The notes under the pieces were generated by a model. The model was not told where the DNA came from. It saw only the letters and a list, made by a program, of their open reading frames with translations, and did not search any database. Positions 39,198 to 48,322 of a stretch of 64,000 bases of DNA are shown here, piece after piece. The first letter of the stretch is position 1, and every line of letters starts with the position of its first letter. Made by a program: the position numbers and the translations under genes. Source of the DNA: an uncultured virus (IMG/VR IMGVR_UViG_3300021197_001731) (Duplodnaviria; Heunggongvirae; Uroviricota; Caudoviricetes); the IMG/VR virus record IMGVR_UViG_3300021197_001731. One strand, given 5' to 3'.

Positions 39198-40363
39198 TGA
39201 GAGAAGGACGTATTAAAAATATTCTTGAAACACTTCAGCGAGTTAAGTCTGGTGCAGTATCAGCATTCGGTGAAGGTAAGGAAGATCATCGTGCTGCACT
39301 AAAGCGTGGCTTAGAAGCTCAAGGGATTGAAACTGATTCCACAATGTGGGAACAGATGATGGGTTCAAACGCCACAGTCACGAGAGCACGTGAACTGATG
39401 GGTATCGCAGACCCTGCACAGGTACAAGCACGCAAGAACATGGGCCTAGGGCTCTCAGAAGACAAGGCAACGCGGATCGGACAAGTTCTGGGGACGCTTG
39501 GTTCTGATGTGGTCCAAGACCGTGGAAGGAGCGTATGGTGGCTACTTAATGCACCACAGGCAACAGCAAACGTCCTACAAGACCTTGCACTCAAGAAGCA
39601 TGCGCCAAACTTATATAAAGCTGACGTAGTTCCAGGAGTGAACACTTTTAAAACCGCTGTCCGAGAAGGTCTAGTTGATGCTGAAAGTGGACTAAATAAA
39701 AAAGGCGTAACTACTCGGAAAGTACAGGTAGGCAAGAACAAAGGTGGAGAACCTAAGTTCCGTACTGAATACAGGAAGCGTCGTTACGAACCTGGCATTG
39801 TGGATGCACTAGCAATCCCAGCTGGACTTGCGGTAAACAGTTCTATTGGTTTACTCAATCCATTCGGTGGACAGGAAGGTTATAAGGCTGTATTCGAAAG
39901 TGAAGAAGATCCAAGTAAGACATCGAATGTACTTGGAGAAGTTGCAGCTAAGTATGTCCTAGGTAAGACTGGTAACTTGCTCCCATGGGATGAATTTAAG
40001 AAAGTACGACCTGACGTATCGAAGGGTGAGTACATGGCATATAAAGCATTCAAGTTTGATAACGATGCTGACCTCAACCCACTAGATGGAGATCTCGTAG
40101 GACCAGCTGGTGTAATCAAGTACACCGATGAAGGCATTCACGGACCTGAGGTTCAGTTCCTTGGTAGGAGTCTTCCAATCGCTACGGGCATCATGCCAAC
40201 TGCAGCAGCAATTGCAGGTACTGCATATGGAGCTCGTCGTGGGCCTGGTCGTGGGTTAGCAGCAGGATTACTATCGTCAGGAGCAGCGATGCTCACAGGA
40301 AACATTATCGAAGATGAACGTCGTCGTCGTAATGCTGAATCTAACGGTATTGATACAATCTAA
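39197..40363 (+). CDS. Hypothetical (putative internal virion) protein
   Basis: 388 aa with C-terminal Gly/Ala hydrophobic helices. Confidence 0.65.
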   Translation: MREGRIKNILETLQRVKSGAVSAFGEGKEDHRAALKRGLEAQGIETDSTMWEQMMGSNATVTRARELMGIADPAQVQARKNMGLGLSEDKATRIGQVLGTLGSDVVQDRGRSVWWLLNAPQATANVLQDLALKKHAPNLYKADVVPGVNTFKTAVREGLVDAESGLNKKGVTTRKVQVGKNKGGEPKFRTEYRKRRYEPGIVDALAIPAGLAVNSSIGLLNPFGGQEGYKAVFESEEDPSKTSNVLGEVAAKYVLGKTGNLLPWDEFKKVRPDVSKGEYMAYKAFKFDNDADLNPLDGDLVGPAGVIKYTDEGIHGPEVQFLGRSLPIATGIMPTAAAIAGTAYGARRGPGRGLAAGLLSSGAAMLTGNIIEDERRRRNAESNGIDTI

Positions 40364-40380
40364 AGATAAGGATTAATGAC

Positions 40381-40806
40381 ATGACTGCATACGCTGGTGG
40401 CCCACAAATTCAAAATTATTTAGATCCTAATAGGCCAGACTACGGGGCAATACTTTTATCAGGAGCAGAGTCTACAAGTGCTTTGGAGCAAGCATTAATG
40501 AAATTAAATGCAGATGTACAAGGAACAGAACTAATGAGTGATGCACGAGTAAAGGCAGCAAAGATGGGAGCTGATGATGCTTCAAGAATTGCAGGAGCAA
40601 AAACGTTTGCAGCAGGCATTGGAGCAGCAGGTCAAGCGGCTGGTGGATTTATTAGTGCTATTCCTTTGCCTGGTAGTGGTGGTACAGGAGAAGTAATTGG
40701 TTTAGGCGATGGCTTTAATATAGGTAAAGGTCAAGCTGGATTAGATCCTGCTGTGGATCTTGATCGCTACTTATACAGTAGTCCGTTATCCAGTATCACG
40801 GCATAG
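40381..40806 (+). CDS. Putative internal virion protein (paralog family member)
   Basis: Shares the PD/N...I...A....(A/S)DA...AK helical region with ORFs 40838 and 42235. Confidence 0.55.
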   Translation: MTAYAGGPQIQNYLDPNRPDYGAILLSGAESTSALEQALMKLNADVQGTELMSDARVKAAKMGADDASRIAGAKTFAAGIGAAGQAAGGFISAIPLPGSGGTGEVIGLGDGFNIGKGQAGLDPAVDLDRYLYSSPLSSITA

Positions 40807-40837
40807 TTAAACTAAATATAGGAATTACTGTATAAAC

Positions 40838-41539
40838 ATGGCACGTCAAGCTCCTAGTATTTTTGGTTTTACAGGCAAAAGCGGTAACGTTAAAAAACCT
40901 GATTTTTGGGGACTCAGTACAGCAGGTACTACAACAAGTGCGGGTAGTGCAGCAAATACTGTAAGTGTCGGTTCTATATTTAGTGGACTTAGAGAGAACT
41001 CACCAGATCACGAAGATATTGTCAAGAGAATGGAACGAATGCGTATGGAGGAAAATATAGCATCACAAACAGCTAGTGCTTTCATGGCAAAGGCAGGCAT
41101 TGAGGCTGACGCAACAATGGATATTGCAAAATTTCAATCAAAAGCCGCAAGAGATCAAGCAGATGCGACTAAGAAGGGTTCAATCTTTAGTGCAATCGGA
41201 AGTATTGCTTCTGCAGCAGCTCCATTGCTTTTAGCTTCAGATGAAGATACTAAACATACAATTGATAGTTTAGAAAATGCATGTGAAACTCTTCGTCAAT
41301 TAAGACCTGTCACCTTCTACTACAAAGAAGAGTACAGCCAAAATCCAGAGCGTATGCACTATGGATTTATTGCGCAGGAATATCAGAAGGTAATGCCTGA
41401 TGCAACCTATACAGATCCAACGACTGGAAAGCTTTGCATTGATCCTATTGAATTGATCGGACTACTTGTACGTGCTAACCAGGAACTAGAAAAACGTGTT
41501 ACTCGGATGGAAGTAAAACAAGTATTAGCAACTGTGTAA
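40838..41539 (+). CDS. Virion protein with C-terminal peptidase S74 intramolecular chaperone domain
   Basis: SDEDTKHTI...LRPVTFYYK...HYGFIAQE....MPDA...LLVRANQEL. Confidence 0.85.
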   Translation: MARQAPSIFGFTGKSGNVKKPDFWGLSTAGTTTSAGSAANTVSVGSIFSGLRENSPDHEDIVKRMERMRMEENIASQTASAFMAKAGIEADATMDIAKFQSKAARDQADATKKGSIFSAIGSIASAAAPLLLASDEDTKHTIDSLENACETLRQLRPVTFYYKEEYSQNPERMHYGFIAQEYQKVMPDATYTDPTTGKLCIDPIELIGLLVRANQELEKRVTRMEVKQVLATV

Positions 41540-41568
41540 AATAGTAAAAGATATTGCGTTAGAGAACG

Positions 41569-42234
41569 ATGCTGGGATTTTTAGCGGGAGGTGCAAATGT
41601 AGCTTCTAAAGTTGGACTTGGTGGACGTTTACTACAAGGTGCAGGTAAAGCACTTACAGTAGGAGGACTTGGATATGGTGTGTATGAACTAAGTCAGATA
41701 CCAAAAAACATTCGAGAAGATATTTTATCGACAGACTATAATCCAGAGACGGATAAGTATGATACAAATCCGATTCAAAACTTTTTTATTGATGAAGGCT
41801 CACTTGTAGCAGAAAAGAATAAACGTCTCAAGAATGTAGCCATGAAGAGTGGATACATTGAGAGAATGCAAGCAGCCGACCCAAGCTTAGTTTATAAGCC
41901 TGGGATGACAGAAGAGCAATTTATCAATACATATGCAGAACCTATACGACGAATAAATGCTCTGGCTACAGCTGAGACAAATAAGATTATCAATAAGCCC
42001 GCAACTGACAGAGAACAATCACGTTACGAGAATAAAGAACGTAGGTTGGATGAACAAAGACTGGATCTCCTGACACAGCAGTCAAACAATTTAGAATACC
42101 AACGGTCACGTGATCGTAGAGCTGATATGCAGTACAACGAAAATCTTGCTCGTCTAGACCGTAAAGATCGTAAGGCTGCTATCTCAAGTGCAACAGCAGG
42201 TCTAGCTGCCCTAGCAGCTGCATTTGCTATTTGA
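41569..42234 (+). CDS. Hypothetical coiled-coil protein with hydrophobic termini
   Basis: 221-aa ORF. Confidence 0.6.
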   Translation: MLGFLAGGANVASKVGLGGRLLQGAGKALTVGGLGYGVYELSQIPKNIREDILSTDYNPETDKYDTNPIQNFFIDEGSLVAEKNKRLKNVAMKSGYIERMQAADPSLVYKPGMTEEQFINTYAEPIRRINALATAETNKIINKPATDREQSRYENKERRLDEQRLDLLTQQSNNLEYQRSRDRRADMQYNENLARLDRKDRKAAISSATAGLAALAAAFAI

Positions 42235-43227
42235 TTAAAGCTGTCCAATAAGACTATTCAAATACGCGGTTTCCGCCGCACCGTATTTATCACTAGGACC
42301 AATCCAAGGTGAAATATTTCCAATACGTTTAGCATGACTTAAGAATATCGCATCTTGTGTCGCTTCATTAAATGGAGTGTCCATTGGCAATCCCATTTTT
42401 GTGACCTCCTCTTTAAGAGTAGGACCAATAAACTGATAACGTCCTACAGCATGTAAGCCACCATCATTACGCCATTGCTGATCAGTGATTGAATAATCAT
42501 CGTAACCCGACTGTCGCTTAAGTACTTCGCCAAGGGTCATACTTGTTAAAGACTTACCAAACTCCTTTTCGTGCGATCCATATTTACCTAATATTTCTCG
42601 ACCACCCTTGGCACCGCCTTGATTAAATGCATCGTATCCCCAGTCTCCTGATTCTGGACCAGCAATTTTATCAGCAAGAATTTTACTATTACCTGTTAAT
42701 GTAGAACCTTTTTGGGTACTTACTGGTAACGATGTTGTAGATGAAATTGATTCTGTTGAAGGCTCCGACTTCGTACCATAACCTTCCTTCATACGGGTTT
42801 CGATTTCACCCCGTCGTTTATTAATTAAAGCTGTCTGATTGTTGTAGTAAGCATCATCTCCACCGAGTTCTCGCTTCTGACGTTTCTCCTCTCCAAACAG
42901 TGCTCCAGCCTCAGTAGCCATTTGTCCTGCTACAGCAAGTGCACCAGCCTTACGTTTAGCTGATTTAAGTTTAGATGCAGAATCAATTTGCATCTTCTTA
43001 GCTTTCACATCTGCGTCAGCAGTAAGACGTGTTGCAGCTACCTCAGCTTGGTTTTTAATAGTGGCTAGCTTTTCTTTCTTTTTTAGCTCTGCATTAGTTA
43101 GAGCAATCTCACCCATATTCGGTGCGCTTCTACGTGCTGCTAAGAAGGAACGAAGAGTGTCGTCAGCAACTGCCTTGCCTGCCTGTGAATAATTACCTTG
43201 TGCACCGATACCTTGAAACTTGATCAT
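42235..43227 (-). CDS. Virion-associated lysozyme-like (muramidase/transglycosylase) protein
   Basis: IAGPESG..GYDAFN...LTSMTLGEV...HAVGRYQFIGPTL...FNEATQD. Confidence 0.8.
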   Translation of the reverse strand: MIKFQGIGAQGNYSQAGKAVADDTLRSFLAARRSAPNMGEIALTNAELKKKEKLATIKNQAEVAATRLTADADVKAKKMQIDSASKLKSAKRKAGALAVAGQMATEAGALFGEEKRQKRELGGDDAYYNNQTALINKRRGEIETRMKEGYGTKSEPSTESISSTTSLPVSTQKGSTLTGNSKILADKIAGPESGDWGYDAFNQGGAKGGREILGKYGSHEKEFGKSLTSMTLGEVLKRQSGYDDYSITDQQWRNDGGLHAVGRYQFIGPTLKEEVTKMGLPMDTPFNEATQDAIFLSHAKRIGNISPWIGPSDKYGAAETAYLNSLIGQL

Positions 43228-43293
43228 ATCGATTAAACATCTGATATGGCTATTCTAACTTTTGTAGAATATAAGAAATGAGTATCAAATAAA

Positions 43294-45336
43294 ATGGCTT
43301 CTGTCGATCCAAAGTATATGCCAACGATGGGCGGTGGGTATGGGAAAGATATCAGTAAATTGAACCCGCCGGGTGGATTTAAGTGTCCGTCTCCAGATGA
43401 ATTAATCTTGCTAAGTGATGGATCTCAGAAACGTGCTGGTGATCTTGTTGTAGGCGACACTGTTAAAACTCGCCATGAAAAAACTAATGAAATTAATAAT
43501 TTTGCAGTTAGTTATGTAGAAATTATTCCTAACACAAAAAGGTGTAAGTTAAACTTCGAGCTTAACTCACTTGTTTGTTCTTATAGTCATAAGCTACTTG
43601 TTGGTACAGAATGGAAGACGGCAGAAGACCTAATTTTTGGTGATATTGTTTCAGGTCAAGCTTTTTTGGGTACTGAACCTGTAGAAGATGGGGATGTTGT
43701 TCTTATAACAGTCGAAGATGCTCATACATATATAGTCAATGGACTTTTATCACACAACAAAAGTCTTCCCATAAACACTGAAGTACAGCCAGGCAAATAT
43801 AAGGATCCAAGGTATTTGACCAATTCATGTCCATCTCCAGACGAATTAATCCTTCTAAGTAACGGATTACAGAAACGTGCTGGTGAAATAATTGTTGGCG
43901 ATTCTGTTAAAACACGTCATGAACTAACTGACAAGGTAAGTAATTTTCCAGTTAGTTATGTAGAGATTATTCCAAATTCCAAAAGATGTAAACTTACATT
44001 TGAATTCAACTCACTTGTTTGTTCATATAGTCATAAACTGCTTGTTGGTACAGAATGGAAGACAGCAGAAGACCTAATTTTTGGTGATGTTGTTTCAGGT
44101 CAAGCCTTTTTGGGTACTGAACCTGTAGAAGATGGAGATGTTGTCCTTATAACAGTCGAAGATGCTCATACATATATTGTTAATGGACTTCAGTCTCATA
44201 ACAAAAGACCAGCACCACCAAAGGATCCGGGGCGAGGTAACCCTCCAGTTGCTCCAACCAAGAGTGGAAGTTCATCCGGTAGTGGTGCAGGCGGCGGCCC
44301 TTCTGGTGGTAAACCTTTCTATTCGGGCCAAGGTCCAACGCCTTCTGTAAACCCGACTGCTCCACCTAACGCAGGAACGCAAACAGGATCATTTGATTTC
44401 AAAAAAATCATGGATTCGTTTTATAACTATAAACCTAAAGAAGATGGCGATGCCACTGATATGCAGAAGCAAGCATATCAAGGAAACATGGTTCAGTCAA
44501 TCCTTGATAGTCAATTAGCACAACAACTTGGGCAATATAACGCAGGGTTGGCTCAAGACAATATGACGCATCAAGCTGATCTTGAGCAACGAAATCAGTC
44601 AGGGCTAATGGCAGATGAGTTTGCTTATGGCATGGCTGGTATGGATGCCCAATTTAAATATGGTGAGCAAGGACAGCAGAATCAGCACGAACGTGATATT
44701 GGAATGCTGTCCGCAACTGGTGAGGAACAAAGACTTAATCTCGCAGCACAGGGTGATCAAGATCGACTGGGTCAGATTGTTACCGGTGAGCAAAATCGTT
44801 TGACCAATGATCTGAATAACAAATCATCCGAAGCAATTGCATCCGGTAGGTACTCAGCAGACACAACAATTGCATCAACACAAGCTGATGCTAGTAAGTA
44901 TGGATCTAAAGAAGCAGCTGATGCTAGTAAGTATGGTTCACAGGCATCAAAAGATGCAAGTATTTACGGTTCGGATAGGTCAGCCCAATCGAGCATGTAT
45001 GGATCGGACAAATCCGCAGAAGCAAGTATCTATGGTTCCGCTGCAAGTAAAGATGCAAGTATCTATGGATCACAAGCATCAAAAGATGCAAGTATCTATG
45101 GATCTGATGCATCTAAGACATCTAGCATGTATGGGTCTGATAAATCCGCTCAGGCCAGTATGTATGGAGCAGATAAATCTCTTGAAGGTTCAAAATATAG
45201 TACAGACGGAACTATCCGCAATACTCGTGCGACAGGAGATGAAACTCGTAAGACTATGAATACCGAACAACAATTAAAAGCTAAGGAACGCGCTGGTATG
45301 CACAAGTACGCACGTGGTACAGCGAGGGCTATGTAA
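43294..45336 (+). CDS. Putative DNA-pilot/ejection protein with two N-terminal Hint (intein-like) domains and 11-aa repeats
   Basis: Two 125-aa C...SH...HTY.VNG..SHN units, a Gln-rich coiled region and (AS.YGSxxSxx)n repeats. Confidence 0.8.
   Translation: MASVDPKYMPTMGGGYGKDISKLNPPGGFKCPSPDELILLSDGSQKRAGDLVVGDTVKTRHEKTNEINNFAVSYVEIIPNTKRCKLNFELNSLVCSYSHKLLVGTEWKTAEDLIFGDIVSGQAFLGTEPVEDGDVVLITVEDAHTYIVNGLLSHNKSLPINTEVQPGKYKDPRYLTNSCPSPDELILLSNGLQKRAGEIIVGDSVKTRHELTDKVSNFPVSYVEIIPNSKRCKLTFEFNSLVCSYSHKLLVGTEWKTAEDLIFGDVVSGQAFLGTEPVEDGDVVLITVEDAHTYIVNGLQSHNKRPAPPKDPGRGNPPVAPTKSGSSSGSGAGGGPSGGKPFYSGQGPTPSVNPTAPPNAGTQTGSFDFKKIMDSFYNYKPKEDGDATDMQKQAYQGNMVQSILDSQLAQQLGQYNAGLAQDNMTHQADLEQRNQSGLMADEFAYGMAGMDAQFKYGEQGQQNQHERDIGMLSATGEEQRLNLAAQGDQDRLGQIVTGEQNRLTNDLNNKSSEAIASGRYSADTTIASTQADASKYGSKEAADASKYGSQASKDASIYGSDRSAQSSMYGSDKSAEASIYGSAASKDASIYGSQASKDASIYGSDASKTSSMYGSDKSAQASMYGADKSLEGSKYSTDGTIRNTRATGDETRKTMNTEQQLKAKERAGMHKYARGTARAM
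43384..44202 (+). repeat. Direct duplication of a 375-bp Hint-coding unit (43384-43758 and 43828-44202)
   Basis: Highly similar DNA and protein, separated by 69 bp. Confidence 0.92.
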
Positions 45337-45875
45337 TGACAACTACTAAATCAAAAACTGGTAAGGTCTATTTAAATACCGTTGACCAATGGTTGGATAA
45401 CATCCCTGCTTCTGATAGTGAGGACTTTAAAGAATTTGCTGAGATGACTCCATCAATCATTGAGATTTGGGTATATTCAGGAGTTGTTGGATATGAAGGT
45501 ACATTTAACGACCTAAGCCGATGGGTCAAAATGAAATACAAAAAGTTAGATCGTCGTGGAATTCTTAACAGTGAAATTAGTGCCCTTCACTCCGATATAC
45601 AAGAACTTAGAATGGCTATTACCTCAGGAGAAATCAAAGGAGATAACGGTGCTGCCAGGTTGGCGGCCCTGGAAAAAGAGCTTCGTTCTCACATTGAAGT
45701 CTCCGAACGAATCAATAAGTCTACTGATAAACGCGGGCTCGTCTTGGCCGGAGCAGACAGGGTGATGCGTGAAATGACAAGTATTTTTAAAGACGATCCA
45801 CAATTTGCTGAGCCTATTGAAAATGCTATAAATGCAGTATGGGCAAAAGTCTATAGTGAGGTGAGTAATGCATGA
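45336..45875 (+). CDS. Hypothetical protein, possible terminase small subunit
   Basis: Helical 179-aa protein close upstream of TerL; call is positional only. Confidence 0.5.
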   Translation: MTTTKSKTGKVYLNTVDQWLDNIPASDSEDFKEFAEMTPSIIEIWVYSGVVGYEGTFNDLSRWVKMKYKKLDRRGILNSEISALHSDIQELRMAITSGEIKGDNGAARLAALEKELRSHIEVSERINKSTDKRGLVLAGADRVMREMTSIFKDDPQFAEPIENAINAVWAKVYSEVSNA

Positions 45876-46143
45876 TTTAGAACTGCCAGAACTTCCTGGT
45901 TATATCCCTAGTGTTGATATTCAAGAACTTCGTCGTCAGGAATATTTAGATAACCGGCTACCATCAATGCCTGGTGTAAGTATTGAAAAATACTTTATGA
46001 CAGATAGACAAGCAGAAGCAGCAGCATTGGCTGAGGCAATTGGTATTGCTTATGAAGAAGATAGACAGCGTGCAATTATTATGCGAGCAAAGATGAGAGC
46101 TGAAGAACGCATTGCTCAAAGGTATGCTGAAGAAGGTTATTAA
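45868..46143 (+). CDS. Hypothetical protein
   Basis: 91-aa ORF. Confidence 0.55.
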   Translation: MHDLELPELPGYIPSVDIQELRRQEYLDNRLPSMPGVSIEKYFMTDRQAEAAALAEAIGIAYEEDRQRAIIMRAKMRAEERIAQRYAEEGY

Positions 46144-46170
46144 AAGCTAGACTGATAGAAAAGTATCAGT

Positions 46171-47709
46171 ATGGCAATTGCAAGTTCTTCATTAGCATTT
46201 AAACGAGCTGCCTTAATGACAGCTACAAAAGTTACATCAAAACCACCATCTCCTGAAGTACTTAGGGCTCGCGACGACTTTAAGGATTTTTGTGTATATA
46301 TGGGAAAAGCTCCAGCACATCACATGATGGAGTGGCATACAGAACTATGTACTGGTCAAGATAGTGAGTGTCTATTAGGAATAGCAGGACCTAATACATC
46401 TATTCTTGCACCACGTGGTTCAGCTAAAAGCACTGTGCTTGGTTTGTTTGCTGCGTGGATGATTGGTAGACATACAGCAGCTAAAAAGATGCTAAGGGTG
46501 TTGTATATCGCATACATGGTAGATATCAGTCGTGCAAAGTCTGCAACTATTAAAGGAATACTTACAAGTAACAAGTACAGAGAAATCTTTCCAATGGTGA
46601 GGTTAAGTAAAATAAAACGTTCGGACGAATATTGGTCAATTGATTATGATTTTGCGGGTATTGATACGGCAGGCGAGGAAGCTTTTACAGTTGCGTGTGG
46701 TGGTCTCAAAGGTGCAATCACCTCTAAACGATCACAGCTGGTGCTTATTGATGACCCTATCAAATCTGCCGCTTCGATCAACAACCCAGACATTCGCCGT
46801 GAGATGGAGCAAACGTGGTCTAACGTTATCGCACCAACGATGTTCCAAGGTGCACGGGCTATCTGTTTGGGAACCCGCTTTCACTTTGACGATGTTCACG
46901 CAACTCTGTTTACTCCCAAGCACAACTGGAAGCAAATAGTCCAAAAGGCTGTAATAACAGATGCTGAAGGTAGACAACGTTCCTATTGGCCTGAGTTCTG
47001 GTCAATGAAATATCTCAATGAAAGAAAACTTGAAAACCGTACAGCATTTGCATACCAGTATTTAAATACAGCCGTTCGTAACACGGATGTAGGAATCTCA
47101 CCTGAACTGATTGTTAGAGCTGAAGTACCTGAAGACTATGACTGCCTTGGCGTTGGAATTGACTTGAGTGCTGGACTATCAGAGAAGAATGATTGGACAG
47201 TCTTCACACTTGGTGGCATCAAAGAAGGCAAGATTTATTTGATTGATCAAAGACGTGAGCGAACCATGGGAAACATGGACAAGATGGACACGCTTTGCGA
47301 AATGCTTGCTGACTGGAACATCCTGGTTGAAAACGATGAAGGTCAGTTCTTTCCAACTATGTCACCATGCATAATCTGGCCTGAAGCAGTTGCGTATCAA
47401 ACTTCCTTTGAAGGTGACTTCAAACGAATCATGCATGAGAACCGTGCTTTATATAATCTGACTGTTTCACCAGTCAAGGGATTTAAGGGAGACAAACTTG
47501 CGAGACTAAGAGGAGTACTCGGCTTATATGAAAACAAAAGAGTTGTTTGGAACAAGTGGAGAAAGTGGAATGTACTTGAAGAAGAGCTATTAAACTTTGG
47601 GCACTCACAACATGATGATGCTGTTGACAGCATGGTATTAGTTATGGGTGGACTACTAAGAAGAGGTAGTTTACAAATTGACTACAATAGTGACAGCTTT
47701 AGTTTATAA
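46171..47709 (+). CDS. terL: Terminase large subunit
   Basis: APRGSAKST, LIDDPIK, GTRFH.DD, GIDLS and HDDAVDS motifs. Confidence 0.95.
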   Translation: MAIASSSLAFKRAALMTATKVTSKPPSPEVLRARDDFKDFCVYMGKAPAHHMMEWHTELCTGQDSECLLGIAGPNTSILAPRGSAKSTVLGLFAAWMIGRHTAAKKMLRVLYIAYMVDISRAKSATIKGILTSNKYREIFPMVRLSKIKRSDEYWSIDYDFAGIDTAGEEAFTVACGGLKGAITSKRSQLVLIDDPIKSAASINNPDIRREMEQTWSNVIAPTMFQGARAICLGTRFHFDDVHATLFTPKHNWKQIVQKAVITDAEGRQRSYWPEFWSMKYLNERKLENRTAFAYQYLNTAVRNTDVGISPELIVRAEVPEDYDCLGVGIDLSAGLSEKNDWTVFTLGGIKEGKIYLIDQRRERTMGNMDKMDTLCEMLADWNILVENDEGQFFPTMSPCIIWPEAVAYQTSFEGDFKRIMHENRALYNLTVSPVKGFKGDKLARLRGVLGLYENKRVVWNKWRKWNVLEEELLNFGHSQHDDAVDSMVLVMGGLLRRGSLQIDYNSDSFSL

Positions 47710-47715
47710 AGAGGC

Positions 47716-48312
47716 ATGTCAAAACTAAAAAATAGAATGGCCGGGAAAAAGCTAGACGAACGCTTTGGCGAAGGCTTTACAGATCGCGTAAAAGGCGATG
47801 GAATGCAGGAACCTACTAAACAGGGTTATTCCAGACGAGAATTGCTTGCTGAATTCCGTGAACGTCCAGACGGTGTAAAAATCGATGAAGGTGATGGAAA
47901 CCTCGTTGATAAATACCAAGGTCTTGTAGATTCAGGCAGTCGCTTTAATAGACAAGCTCAGGACTATCTTGAGGGACACGGTGTTGTGTTTAACCGACCT
48001 GAAGATATTGATGAGTCTGAAGATATTGATTTTGTTACTGATGAGCCTATGGAACAGCTCCCAGTTGAATATGCTCCAGATGTTCCAACATTCTCCTCTG
48101 CACCGATTCAATCAATCGTAAGTAGTGGAGAAGGTGGAATGAATATTAATCAGGATAATGATATCAGCAATTTGATCTATGGAAATGACAATAATGTTTC
48201 CAACTATCAAAATAATGCTATTGGTGATTCTATGAATATTGGAGATGGACTATACGCCAAGCGAGATCCAATGGGTTTCAAGAATATGTTCATGCAAAAT
48301 CTATTTAACTGA
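47716..48312 (+). CDS. Hypothetical protein with Asn/Gln-rich NINQDND region
   Basis: 198-aa ORF. Confidence 0.6.
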   Translation: MSKLKNRMAGKKLDERFGEGFTDRVKGDGMQEPTKQGYSRRELLAEFRERPDGVKIDEGDGNLVDKYQGLVDSGSRFNRQAQDYLEGHGVVFNRPEDIDESEDIDFVTDEPMEQLPVEYAPDVPTFSSAPIQSIVSSGEGGMNINQDNDISNLIYGNDNNVSNYQNNAIGDSMNIGDGLYAKRDPMGFKNMFMQNLFN

Positions 48313-48322
48313 GGACTGAATC

